Source of the DNA: an uncultured Verrucomicrobiales bacterium | Lineage (GTDB): Bacteria; Verrucomicrobiota; Verrucomicrobiia; Verrucomicrobiales; DEV007 | Direction: 5' to 3' | Assembly (NCBI GenBank): GCA_938091905.1 | Contig: CALKOM010000052.1 | Coordinates: 1-54,339 of the forward strand | DNA length: 54,339 nucleotides | Shown: positions 30,689 to 40,554 of the stretch, piece after piece | Position numbering within the stretch: position 1 is the stretch's first letter | Layout: every line of letters starts with the position of its first letter | Made by a program: the position numbers and the translations under genes | The notes under the pieces: model-generated | What the model was told of the DNA's origin: nothing | What the model saw: the letters and a program-made list of their open reading frames with translations, nothing else | Databases searched by the model: none

Positions 30689-32886
30689 ATGGGGATTCGG
30701 AGAGGACACAGTTTGCGTGGCCTTCATGGCGATGCTCAGTGGTTGCTGGGATCTATTTGCTCAGACAGAACGGCTGGAAATCAGACGTGCGGATGAAGCT
30801 GGGAAGCGGGAGCTCAGTTGGCTGCCGAACGTGCCGAGATCGACCGGGTCGACACCCTTGTCAGCGCGTTATCAGGCCTATCAGAGTGAGGATCATAGAA
30901 ACTGGCATGCCGTTGGCGAACCGATGGTCGGAAAGGGAGATGCCGAAATGCGCCTTATCTTGGACTCTGACGCCTCACAACAATACTATCGCTTGGAGTC
31001 CGCACCGCAGTTTCAGTTTTTCGATAAGAATAGCGACACGGTGGTGAGCTACACAGAACAACAGCATTATTTTTATGATAGAGTTGAGGGCCTGAGCGTC
31101 GAAAAGTTCGAGCGGGATTACGAATTCACCGAGTCTTATCGCGAACAGATAGATTGGGATGTCACGCAGGCCCAGTTCTGAGACATGTTTGCCATGTCGC
31201 CCGAGGAGTACAATGCGGATCGAACTGCTGATGATCCTGACCGACGCCTTTACGAATTCCGTCTGAATTAAAGGGAAGCGGTGATGATGAAGGCCAATGG
31301 ATTCGTGGTGACGCCTCGACATCAGTGGAACACCTTCGTCGACATGTTCTATGATATTTGGACGGATGAACTCCCGGTCTATTTCTCTGCGGACGCTGCG
31401 CTGCAGGCTTGGCATCGCTCTTATCAACTGATCGTGAAGGAAGTTGAAGAGCTCTATCTCCGCTATGAGCTTCAAGATATCCTAACGGAAATGCGCAGTG
31501 CTTTTCCAGCCGTGTGGGAGGCGCATCATGAAGGCCCGCTAAGCCAAGGCCTGCGTGACGCGGATTTCTTTCTGACCATTGCCTCTTCTCTCGCCATAGC
31601 CGATGAATAGGATCCCTTTGCAGATATTCAGCGGTTGGCAGTTCGAAATGCCCCGCATCTGGCAGACGAACAGGATCGGGTAACCTCTTGGCTAGACCTA
31701 ATTGAGGCCCATGAAGCGTTATGGAAAGGTGGGCCCTTCGGGACAATGGAGGGCTTTACAGATTTTTCGCAATTCACGGTAAGTAGGCATTATACGAATT
31801 CAGTTACCATGGCGGCCTACTTCCGGGCCATGACATGGTTAGGTCGGATCGCCTTTCGCATGGGTGGAGGAGACCGTGAACCTGGAAGTTTGCGCCAACT
31901 CTCCGGAGCGGTTTCCCTCAGCCTCCTATTGAAAGAGAGTGCCAACTTGATCGCTGGCATCGGTGCGAAGACGTAGTCGGTACCTTCGTAGGCTTATCTG
32001 ACTCCATGACGCCACCTTAGATGCTCGGTCTTCTGGAGGCGCAAGGTATGGCAAGCTTTGATCATTTCGACGAGAGCGAAGACTTGGTGACCCTGCAGTC
32101 TTCGATTCTTGCGGGCACCTATGGGCAGCAAGAGATCGCTGGGCATGCGATTGAGGCCTGCGGTGAACAAGAGACCGTGCTTCCGCGCTCGCTCACCTTC
32201 TTCGGGCAGCGTTTCACTCCAGATAGTTGGTTTTTTCAGAAGTGACCTACAACCGTGTGCCGTTCGCTCGACGGTTTCCCTACCAACCTTATTTGGTGGC
32301 GAGCCATCAGACCTTGCAGGCACAAGAACCGATCTTCTGGGAAACAAACATCTATCAGGGGTGGTTAGGCGCGCTCAATCACTTCCGTTTTGTTGCTAGT
32401 CTTATGGAGATGCTGAGGGAGATCACCGAAAGAGAGTTAAATGAAAAGTCCATGACGGAGGAACCGGCTCACTTTATGAAAGGCCTTGTAGAAAGCATGA
32501 GCGTTGATTACGTGAGTTCGCCTACCTATTCAGGTTGGTATCCGGATCTTTATTACCCGAGCATCCTTCTGCAGATGGGCACTAACGATCATCCGTCCGT
32601 GATCTGGAACGCCATCGTTGCTGATGTCCACCCAGACAGCCCCGCGTTTGAGTGCCACGGAAACCCCGGTGGGGTCATACATGAAGTTGTCGGAAACGTC
32701 GACTTCATGATGTTCGCCGTGAGCCACGGAGCGGAAGGCTGTGTCTTTGCGGGCCCCATCTTCAGGTAATATGAGATGGTGGAACCGTTCCCACAGCATC
32801 TAACGGATGCGTCTTGGAGAGAGCGTGTTAGTGCCGGGAAGCTTCCACCGCTCCCTCCTTGGACCGGGACGTATCTAGCAGACTAG
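30689..32886 (+). pseudogene. Decayed DUF3160-family secreted protein
   Basis: Collinear fragments (NGFVV, LPVYFSADAALQAWH, DFSQF..RHYT..YFRAMTWLGR, FVGLSDS, FFGQRFTPDSW, IVADVH, GPIF.*YE...LTD..W). Interrupted by in-frame stops at 31179, 31269, 31608, 32018 and 32767 and by frameshifts near 31940 and 32243. Confidence 0.8.
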
Positions 32887-34169
32887 TCGCGCCGACCACG
32901 GCGGGACTCGGTCACTTTCTTTTGAGCTTCTGGAGGAAGTCCGCTGGTTTCCAGCCAAGCGACCGCGGCGTCGCGATCGCGCCGGAAGAACGCTCGAGCG
33001 GCATCTACGAGAGCCTCGGTGCGTTGGTTCTCCTGGCCTATCGTGCTGGCCCAAGCGATAGCAGCATCATGGTCTTCCCAAGCGAGGCGACTGACAAAGC
33101 CGCCGATGGCCGCGTCTTTCGTAGGCGAGTCCGACATGCTGGCGAGGTACTCGCTCGCGGCCGTCGGATCACGGCGACCCCATTCTCCGAGAGCGGACTC
33201 CATGCCTTCCTTCTTTCCCTCGCTCTCGGGTAGACTCTCTAACCAACTTACGGCTTCGGCGGGCTTCCGTTCAGCCCACTCATCGCCGACTTCTTCGATG
33301 ACGCGTGCGGCGTAGTCGTCGGCTGCAAAGCGTTCGGCCCATGCGGCAGCGGCCGCTGGATCCTGGTCAACGTATGCGTTGGCTACCCGATCCATAGCTG
33401 CCCCTTTCAATGGGCCATCGGGCAATTGCTCTGACCAACGCGCGGAAGCGTCGACGCCCTGACTGCGCAGCTGCTCGGAAGCAACGTCCTCGAGGTAGTC
33501 ATCTGCGCGGCGATTGCCTTCATCGCCAAGTTTCAGTACGTAGTTAGTTGCGACCGTGATATTGTTATCTGCGAGACCGCTGACAAGTCCCTCCTGAAGA
33601 CGTTCTTTGTCATCACCGGCTTCGAGATTATTCATCCAGGCAATGGCATCTGAAGGCTCGGCGCTTGCCCAGCCAGACACTGCTGCACTCCGAGCCCGAT
33701 TGCGAGAGCGATCATCCTCAATGGTCGAGGCGGCTGCGAAGGCGGCTTGGCCATCAATGGCACCCCACGCATAGCGGAACATATGCCATTCATCGCCCCC
33801 AGCATCAAGTTCACGCATCTGTTTCTCGATCATGGCGGCGTTCTCTGGCGTCATGGATTGTAGCAGTTTGGCGAACGCTAGTGAACGCTTCAATGGGTTC
33901 GGGTCCTTAATCGCCTCTCGGGCAATGTTGGATAGCTCGGTTTCCGACATCATCGCGGAGGACTGTAATTCGCTTTCGGTGGCAGTGGTACTTTCGCTTC
34001 CAGCCGACTGGCCCTTGGGCTGGCCCAACAACGAGCGATCTTCTGTCGGCATCGAGGTGGCATTTGCTACCGTGGGCTCATGTGAGGACGGGGTCCACTT
34101 CCCGATGGCAAACGCACCGATGGTGGCGAGGCACCAGGCAATATGAGGGACAGAGCGCTGGAGTTTCAT
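32883..34169 (-). CDS. Verrucomicrobial helical-repeat protein with N-terminal anchor
   Basis: Repeated W(A)xxDPxAAxxW units of about 31 aa; hydrophobic N-terminus followed by an S/T-rich linker. Confidence 0.8.
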   Translation of the reverse strand: MKLQRSVPHIAWCLATIGAFAIGKWTPSSHEPTVANATSMPTEDRSLLGQPKGQSAGSESTTATESELQSSAMMSETELSNIAREAIKDPNPLKRSLAFAKLLQSMTPENAAMIEKQMRELDAGGDEWHMFRYAWGAIDGQAAFAAASTIEDDRSRNRARSAAVSGWASAEPSDAIAWMNNLEAGDDKERLQEGLVSGLADNNITVATNYVLKLGDEGNRRADDYLEDVASEQLRSQGVDASARWSEQLPDGPLKGAAMDRVANAYVDQDPAAAAAWAERFAADDYAARVIEEVGDEWAERKPAEAVSWLESLPESEGKKEGMESALGEWGRRDPTAASEYLASMSDSPTKDAAIGGFVSRLAWEDHDAAIAWASTIGQENQRTEALVDAARAFFRRDRDAAVAWLETSGLPPEAQKKVTESRRGRRD

Positions 34170-34325
34170 AGGGTGATGTTCGATGCAAGAAACGTGAAGC
34201 TTGAGCGCTATTTCAACGCCGGTTATGGGCTTTCGTTGCTGAGGTTACGCCGAAATGGTGGTGGTGGTGGATTCGCTGAGACCGTCGCGAGAGAGATTCT
34301 AGTGCTGCGGGGTTATAGAGTGCTC

Positions 34326-35660
34326 ATGAATTCTCTCTCACGTCGTCAATTCACCAAGGTCGCGGCTGCGAGTGCCGCCTACAGTCTCATTCCAGGTCGC
34401 GTCATGGGCGCGAACAAGAAGGTCAATGTGGCCTTCATTGGCTGTGGTCACATGGGTGCGGGCGACGCCAAGAGTGTCTTTAGCACGGGCCAGGTGAATC
34501 CAGTGGCCTTGTGTGATGTCGCCATGGGCGCGAAGCACACGGCTGAGATTGAAGCGAAGTTTCCTGGCATTCCCAAATTTAAAGACTTCCGACAGATGTT
34601 TGATAAGATGGGAAAGGAGATCGATGCCTGTACCATTGGCGTGCCGGATCATGCGCATTTTCCAATCGCCATGCGGGCCATGTCCGAAGGGATTCACTGC
34701 TATGTGGAGAAGCCCCTAGCACATACGTATCAAGAAATCGAACTCATGATCGCAGCGGAGAAGAAGTACAAGGTCTCTTGCCAAATGGGCAATCAAGGGC
34801 ATTCGGGCGCAAACTATCATCAATTCAAAGCTTGGCGCGATGCAGGCATTATCAAAGGGGTGACGAAGATCACCGCTTACATGACGAGTGGTCGTCGTTG
34901 GCATGGTTGGGATGTCGATGGCTATCCAGAAGACCCGATGCCGGAAGGACTTGATTGGGACACTTGGCTAGGGACTGCTCCGGAGCATCCGTTCTCGAAG
35001 AAATTGCATCCTGGCAACTGGCGCGGCTGGTTTGATTATGGAAATGGCGCATTCGGCGATTGGGGCCCGCATATTCTCGATACTTGCCATCGCTTTCTTG
35101 ATCTTGGAATGCCTAACAAGATTACAGCGGTGAAGCGAGATGGGCCCAATGATTACATCTTCCCGCAAGCGTCGACCATTCGCTTTGATTTCCCTGAGCG
35201 TGGTGACGAGCCTGCGTGTGCCATCACGTGGTACGACGGCAAGGGCAACAAGCCGGAGCGTCCGGCGGAATTAGAAGATGGCCGGAAGATAGAGAACGCC
35301 GGCAAGATTATCTACGGTAAGGATCTCACCTTTAAGGGAACCTCTCACGGGAGCCCGTTACGGATCATTCCCGAAGCCAGGATGAAGGAGATGGGCAAGG
35401 AATTGCCGAAGTTTGAGAGTGGCTCGGGCCACCACTTGAACTTCGTGCGCGGGGCGCAGGGTGAAGAGCAGACGCGTTCCCCATTTCATGTTTCAGGCCC
35501 GCTCAGTCAAATGTTCTGCCTGGGCGTCATCGCTCAGCGACTCGGCGGTGAGCTGGAGTTTGATCGCAAGACGAAACGGATCACAAACAACAAGGTCGCA
35601 GACGCCTTGTTAGAAGGGCCTCCGCCGCGTAAGGGTTGGGAGGAATACTACAAGGTGTAA
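34326..35660 (+). CDS. Tat-exported Gfo/Idh/MocA oxidoreductase
   Basis: SRRQF Tat motif from the ATG at 34326; IGCGHMG, PDHAH, YVEKPL, QMGNQGHS, GDWGPHILD. Confidence 0.92.
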   Translation: MNSLSRRQFTKVAAASAAYSLIPGRVMGANKKVNVAFIGCGHMGAGDAKSVFSTGQVNPVALCDVAMGAKHTAEIEAKFPGIPKFKDFRQMFDKMGKEIDACTIGVPDHAHFPIAMRAMSEGIHCYVEKPLAHTYQEIELMIAAEKKYKVSCQMGNQGHSGANYHQFKAWRDAGIIKGVTKITAYMTSGRRWHGWDVDGYPEDPMPEGLDWDTWLGTAPEHPFSKKLHPGNWRGWFDYGNGAFGDWGPHILDTCHRFLDLGMPNKITAVKRDGPNDYIFPQASTIRFDFPERGDEPACAITWYDGKGNKPERPAELEDGRKIENAGKIIYGKDLTFKGTSHGSPLRIIPEARMKEMGKELPKFESGSGHHLNFVRGAQGEEQTRSPFHVSGPLSQMFCLGVIAQRLGGELEFDRKTKRITNNKVADALLEGPPPRKGWEEYYKV

Positions 35661-36068
35661 GCTTCAAGCTAATTTGGAGATCCAAGTCCTGGCGACCTGC
35701 GGAGTGTGCAGGCCACCATGGAGAAAGCACCCTCACACTCGGCCAAGGTGTTGTCTCTGGCCATCTGGGTTCGATCAATGAATTTGCTGCGATGTTAGAA
35801 ATCGCTCCTAATAGGGTGGCGACCAATTCTAGCGGCATTCGGCGAGAGGTGGGCACCCTTTCTATTCTCGTGCCTAAATTGAAGAAGTTCGCCTACTCTT
35901 TCTGGCGGTCATTTCCCCTTCGCCCCGACAGCTGATTGCGAGTAGACCGTGCAATAAAAACAAGTTCCCGCACGATAGTTATCCTGACAGATCCAAGTAA
36001 TGTCATGGGAGCTAGCTCCTATCGTGTGGAAGCCCGCATGGAGGCTGGGGATGATGCCTTACGCTAAC

Positions 36069-37319
36069 TTATGTGCCCACGCGATAGGCAACATAGCCTG
36101 TTCCGATCGTGATCACGCTCGCGAGCCCCTGCCAGGGATTGAGCCAGGCTCCGATGCAGGCGGTGGATAGGGTCATCACGATGTAGAGCGTGGCAATCGT
36201 TAGCGACAAAACGCTCACCTTAGCCACCTGGCGTCGTCTGATCACGAAGAGGCTGGCCACGGCAGTGACGCTGGAGAGTGCCAATGTAAGACTAAGATAG
36301 GTTAGAAGCTCGCGGATCGACGATATGGCGACCACAGCAAGTGCGAGTGCGGCTTGAAGCCAGATCGCTTGGCGGGGCGGTGCCTTATCTGCGGCGAAGC
36401 GGAGGACTTTGGGTAGTCGGCCGTCGGCAGCCATCTGAGCGTAGACCCGAGGACTAGCGAGCATCATCGCAGACACCGAAGTGAAGAGGGCTAACGGAAC
36501 CACGAAATTGAAGAGTGATGTAGTGAGCGGTTGATTCAGCGACTTGACTGCGATTGCGGCGATCTGAGCCTGTCCAGCCACTTCGACGTAAGGCGCTGTA
36601 TCGACAAAGACACGGTTGAGCAAGAGGTAGAAGACTGTGGTCACGGCCGTCCCAATAAGCAGTGCTGATTTCACGGCTGCCCCTGAGACGGCTTCGCCGC
36701 GTACATAGATGGCCGCATTGAAGCCCGCATAGCTTAGCGATATCCACAGGAGCGATTCTGCAAAACTGCTAGGAGGGAAAGGCGGCGTTTCAGTCGTGGT
36801 CGAAGCACCAATTCCACTCGATCCCATGGCAGCGAGTGGGAGCCAGAGCAGGAGCAGCAGTTTAATCCCAACCATGGCGTTCTGAACCCAGGCACCCGGA
36901 GCCTTGTAAATACCGTGAAGGAAGGCAGCTAGAACGATAGACCCCGCGGCAAGCCAGCCCTGGACTGGGTAGACATAGGCTTCCAGGGTCAAAGCTGCGA
37001 AGGCGATGGCTCCCGTGAAACCCGCTAACAAAGAAACCCAGCCGGCGATGAAGCCAACAGCTGGATGCACCAGACGGGACAAGTAGAGGTATTCACCGCC
37101 GGACTCTGTCAGAACGTCAGCAAGTGCGCCGTAGGCATACGCTCCACAGAGGGCGATGCCGCCCGCGACTGCCCATGCAAGCAAAACACGTTCCGGCGTG
37201 TAGAGGTCTGCTAAAGCGAAGCCAGATGTCGTGAAGACCCCTGCGCCAATCATGTTGGCAATGACAAGCGCAGTGAGCGAAGTCAGGCCATAGGCAGCAG
37301 GTTTGGCCTGAGCCTTCAC
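36069..37319 (-). CDS. APC-family amino acid/polyamine permease
   Basis: ANMIGAGVFTTSG, ESGGEYLYL, YAGFNAAIY..GE, PRVYAQMAADG; start overlaps the upstream stop (GTGA). Confidence 0.88.
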   Translation of the reverse strand: MKAQAKPAAYGLTSLTALVIANMIGAGVFTTSGFALADLYTPERVLLAWAVAGGIALCGAYAYGALADVLTESGGEYLYLSRLVHPAVGFIAGWVSLLAGFTGAIAFAALTLEAYVYPVQGWLAAGSIVLAAFLHGIYKAPGAWVQNAMVGIKLLLLLWLPLAAMGSSGIGASTTTETPPFPPSSFAESLLWISLSYAGFNAAIYVRGEAVSGAAVKSALLIGTAVTTVFYLLLNRVFVDTAPYVEVAGQAQIAAIAVKSLNQPLTTSLFNFVVPLALFTSVSAMMLASPRVYAQMAADGRLPKVLRFAADKAPPRQAIWLQAALALAVVAISSIRELLTYLSLTLALSSVTAVASLFVIRRRQVAKVSVLSLTIATLYIVMTLSTACIGAWLNPWQGLASVITIGTGYVAYRVGT

Positions 37320-38722
37320 TCAGGCTTCTGAAAAATAACGAAGTAGTTCTCTTTCAGTCCTTCGATCTCGATGTCTTCCATTTTTTGGAAACCTACCGAT
37401 TCAATTTCCTGACAGAATACTTCTTTGCCGGCTCGCACATGCCCCAGAAGCCATTCCCTTGAGACACCTGGGATACGTTCGAAATCGATCAAGGCAAACC
37501 GTCCGCCCGGCTTCACGCCCGCCAGTACGGATGCCAACGTGGCTGCGGGGTACTCGAAGTGGTGGTAGGTGTCGCAGACGAAGGCAAGATCCACACTCGA
37601 TTCGGGGAGCTTTACAGAATCTTCGTCGCAATGGATGACGTCGACATTGGCCAATTTGGCCTTTTCTTTGCGCTCTGTTAGGTGTTTGATAAAAGCTGGT
37701 GCGATATCGACTGAGAAGACCTTGCCAGTATCGCCGGCAGCTTTGGCGAATGGCTCCATGTAGAGTCCTGTGCCAGCACCGATGTCAGCGATGGCCGAGC
37801 CAGGAGCGATCTTAAGGGCTTCGATGATGGCTTTTTGATGGGTGTAGACTTCCCGGCTTTCAACTTCAAATTTGCCCAACCAATCTTTTATGGCTAAGTT
37901 AGGATCAAGGAAGTTTTTGTTGATGCCCGGCTTGACGCTGGCTTGTTTGGTTTCCTCGGAGTCTTTGCCAGCTGCCCAGAGAAGTCCACGCGTCACGAGG
38001 TCGATAAACGTCTCATCACGGAAAGTATCGTCGGAATGCCCGTAGGTCGTGCCGAAGACCCGAGTGCCGTGATAGTCGTTCACCCAAACGACAGGTTGCT
38101 CTTCGCCGGTCTTTTCACTCTTGGACACTGCTAGACTCGTTGCCTTGGGCCAGAGTTTCTTGATGATGTAGAGTTCGTCTTTGGCTGTGACCCAATCCTT
38201 CTTGAAACCTTTCATGATCGGGTGGTCTTCTTTCACGATCCTGACAGGGTAATTGCTCTGATGCTCGTGGTGACGACTGGTTACCCCGAGAAACTCTCTC
38301 CAGTCGTCGATCTGGGCATCTCTGTAGGTATGCATCGCGCAGTGGATGACGACGGAAGGTGTGCCTGCTTTGTGCGCCGCGGTGATCTTTCTGATGTACT
38401 CGGGATCATCGGTTGCTGCGAAGCATTCATTGTGAACGACCACATCGTAGGGCTTTGCCCAATCAGGATTGTTGTAGAGAGCGATCTTCCCACGTGTGCC
38501 AGTGCCGCCTTCGTTTACGACGGTGAATTCGGCGTTCACGCGCTTCTCCACACCTGTGGTCAAGGCAAGAGATTGGAAGAGGTAGTTGTGGCAGCAACCG
38601 CCCGTGATTAGGAGGACCTGGAGTGGGTTGCCGCCGGCGAGTTTCTTCTTCGACTCTTCGGCGGTTTGGGCGAGGCCTAACCCAACGAGGAGAAGGGATA
38701 AGATCAGAAGGTAGTTTCGCAT
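37316..38722 (-). CDS. Signal peptide + ThuA-like domain + class I SAM-dependent methyltransferase fusion
   Basis: ThuA: LLITGGCCH, VIHCAMH, HPIMKG, DELY, RVFGTTYGH, RGLLWAAGK. MTase: IADIGAGTG, SVDI, DTYHHFEYP, KPGGRFALIDF. Confidence 0.85.
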   Translation of the reverse strand: MRNYLLILSLLLVGLGLAQTAEESKKKLAGGNPLQVLLITGGCCHNYLFQSLALTTGVEKRVNAEFTVVNEGGTGTRGKIALYNNPDWAKPYDVVVHNECFAATDDPEYIRKITAAHKAGTPSVVIHCAMHTYRDAQIDDWREFLGVTSRHHEHQSNYPVRIVKEDHPIMKGFKKDWVTAKDELYIIKKLWPKATSLAVSKSEKTGEEQPVVWVNDYHGTRVFGTTYGHSDDTFRDETFIDLVTRGLLWAAGKDSEETKQASVKPGINKNFLDPNLAIKDWLGKFEVESREVYTHQKAIIEALKIAPGSAIADIGAGTGLYMEPFAKAAGDTGKVFSVDIAPAFIKHLTERKEKAKLANVDVIHCDEDSVKLPESSVDLAFVCDTYHHFEYPAATLASVLAGVKPGGRFALIDFERIPGVSREWLLGHVRAGKEVFCQEIESVGFQKMEDIEIEGLKENYFVIFQKPE

Positions 38723-38764
38723 GCCGGATGGTAGCGACCCAGTTCCACTCCGTCAACGGAAGGG

Positions 38765-40333
38765 CTACTCGTCGTCATCGGAATCCTCGTCGTCATCGGA
38801 ATCCTCGTCGTCGTCGGAATCCTCATTCGAGGAGGCGGCGTCATGATCGGAACTCTCAACATCTTCAGAGGAACTCCCGCCCTCGGTCTCCGTTTCCTTG
38901 GGCTCTGGCTCCCCATCCGCATCTGCCGGTTCGTCGCCCGATTCAGGAGCCTCGCCTTCCTTGGACTCCGACTCTTCACCATCTTCAGTTGTTTCGACTT
39001 CTGCGGTCGGCAACTTCACCTGTCGCAGCTCCTCTGCATTGGGCAAGTCGTCCACGGAGCTGATCCCAAAGTGATCTAAGAAGACCTCGCTGGTTTCGTA
39101 GAGCAGAGGTCGACCAGGCACCTCGGCTCTTCCGCTGATGTGAACAAGGCCTCTATCTAACAACATCTTTAAGACGCCGTCCACACTCACTCCCCGGACA
39201 GCTTCGATGTCTGCCTTGGTCATTGGCTGACGATAAGCGATGATTGCGAGAGTCTCCAACGCAGGCGGGCGAAGGCGTTGTGGCTTCTGGTCGGGGAAGA
39301 GACCTCTCACCCACATGCCGTAGTTGGGTCGCGTATAAATCTTGAATCCTGCGGCGCGTTCAGCGATGGCGAAAGCGCGCTCCTGTTCGCCATAGGAAAC
39401 GTTCAGGGCATCGATCGCAGCAAGAATGGCAGATTCCTTGAGCGTCTTAACCCAGGCGATGTCTGGACCTTCAAAGGGTTCCTCTGCCTTAGCGGCTTCT
39501 GCCGCCATGGCCTCTTGGTCGCTCGCGACTTTGTTGATCGTGGCTAACAAGGCCGTCTCTGACATCGGGGACTCAGATGCCATGATCAGGCTCTCTACGA
39601 CATGCTGGAGGTGCAGAAAGGTGGTCTCGTCAAGGGTATGCGCCGGCTGTTCCTCCTCTGGTTCGAGTTCAGCCTCTTCTTCCTGAGCTTCCTCCTTAGG
39701 CTCAACCTCCGCTTTCCCCTGCTCAGCCTCGGATTCGGCCGGAGGCTCAGGAAGATCAACGTCAACCTCGCCTTGGCCTTCGTCGCTTACCGCTTCGGGC
39801 CCCGATTCACTAACAGTGACAAACGACGCATTTACGTCCGAGCCGAAGTTCAGCTGACGGCTAAGCATCTTGTCGCTTTCGAATGTGAATCGGCCTTGAA
39901 AGCTTTCACCCTCGAGCACCTGAGGAAGCCAGAATCTATCGTCCTCCCACATCTCGTCGTAGGGAACTTCGTCGACCTTCACCCACATCGGCAGGGCTTC
40001 GTCGGTCTCGGTTAGTTGCCCCTCGTAGAGGTCGCTGACAAAGACGGTGCAGTGAATGCTCAAGCCGTCGACGAATTGGAAATAGAGTTCCCCACGATGC
40101 TGGAGATTCGTCGGGGTAAGTCCGACTTCTTCTTCCGTCTCACGAATGGCGGCCTCCTCAATGGTTTCCCCTTCGTCGACCTTGCCACCAGGGCCATTGA
40201 TCTTGCCCTCACCAAGACCTCGTTTCTTGCGTATGAGGAGCACTTCGTCCTCGCGCCGCACAAATACCAGCATGGACCGCATCTTGGCGGTCCAATTGTC
40301 CCAATCGACGTCGATTCCCGGCTGGTCAGGCAT
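38765..40333 (-). CDS. scpB: NUDIX hydrolase (MTH1-like 8-oxo-dGTPase) fused to SMC-ScpAB subunit ScpB
   Basis: Nudix box GGKVDEGETIEEAAIRETEEEVG and MTH1-type VPYDEMWEDDRFWLP; ScpB motifs VESLIMASESP, ALETLAIIAYRQPMTKADIEAVRGV, PGRPLLY.T...FLDHFGI..DDLP. Confidence 0.88.
   Translation of the reverse strand: MPDQPGIDVDWDNWTAKMRSMLVFVRREDEVLLIRKKRGLGEGKINGPGGKVDEGETIEEAAIRETEEEVGLTPTNLQHRGELYFQFVDGLSIHCTVFVSDLYEGQLTETDEALPMWVKVDEVPYDEMWEDDRFWLPQVLEGESFQGRFTFESDKMLSRQLNFGSDVNASFVTVSESGPEAVSDEGQGEVDVDLPEPPAESEAEQGKAEVEPKEEAQEEEAELEPEEEQPAHTLDETTFLHLQHVVESLIMASESPMSETALLATINKVASDQEAMAAEAAKAEEPFEGPDIAWVKTLKESAILAAIDALNVSYGEQERAFAIAERAAGFKIYTRPNYGMWVRGLFPDQKPQRLRPPALETLAIIAYRQPMTKADIEAVRGVSVDGVLKMLLDRGLVHISGRAEVPGRPLLYETSEVFLDHFGISSVDDLPNAEELRQVKLPTAEVETTEDGEESESKEGEAPESGDEPADADGEPEPKETETEGGSSSEDVESSDHDAASSNEDSDDDEDSDDDEDSDDDE
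38768..38824. repeat. 18-bp tandem repeat x3 encoding the acidic (EDSDDD)n tail of ScpB
   Basis: CTCGTCGTCATCGGAATC twice, then a third copy with one mismatch. Confidence 0.9.
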
Positions 40334-40399
40334 GCTCTGCCTCTACGTACGAATCGATTCCGTAGCAAGCACAAACCAGAAAGCCAGCTCCCAAGAATG

Positions 40400-40510
40400 A
40401 TAAAGTTCTCAGTATAGAATTCCTGGTATGCGGAAACGCCCGTAGGCCTACATTAGATTCACTAAATACATGATTTAACATAATTTTAATAATTATATGA
40501 GATCATGCAT
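40400..40510. promoter_or_regulatory. AT-rich divergent promoter region between NUDIX-scpB and the megasynthase
   Basis: Sharp AT enrichment (catgatttaacataattttaataattatatg) in a GC-rich background; exact boxes not resolved. Confidence 0.45.
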
Positions 40511-40554
40511 GGAGGTAAGTCTCAGAATCACACGACGTCGCCGTTGAAGGCCTT

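Noticed and set aside
31179..32769. Stop-codon readthrough or an alternative genetic code in the DUF3160 region
   Set aside because: All three stop types occur along with frameshifts, and other genes use TGA, TAG and TAA as normal stops.
34143..34325. N-terminal extensions in the ORF track (also 10103-10198, 9919-10014, 15383-15442)
   Set aside because: Downstream ATGs place the Tat/signal peptides or domain starts at the N-terminus; the 34143 extension also overlaps the divergent gene.
35661..36068. 400-bp gap between convergent genes with AGATCCAAGT occurring twice, as a possible MITE or target-site duplication
   Set aside because: No terminal inverted repeats or transposase remnant; a single 10-bp match is weak evidence.
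36069..38722. Methyltransferase and permease as tailoring/export genes of the megasynthase
   Set aside because: They are separated from it by scpB, have their own promoter-like box, and the MTase appears exported; no evidence of linkage.
38768..38824. Tandem repeat as a CRISPR array
   Set aside because: No spacers, in-frame coding sequence, and no cas genes.
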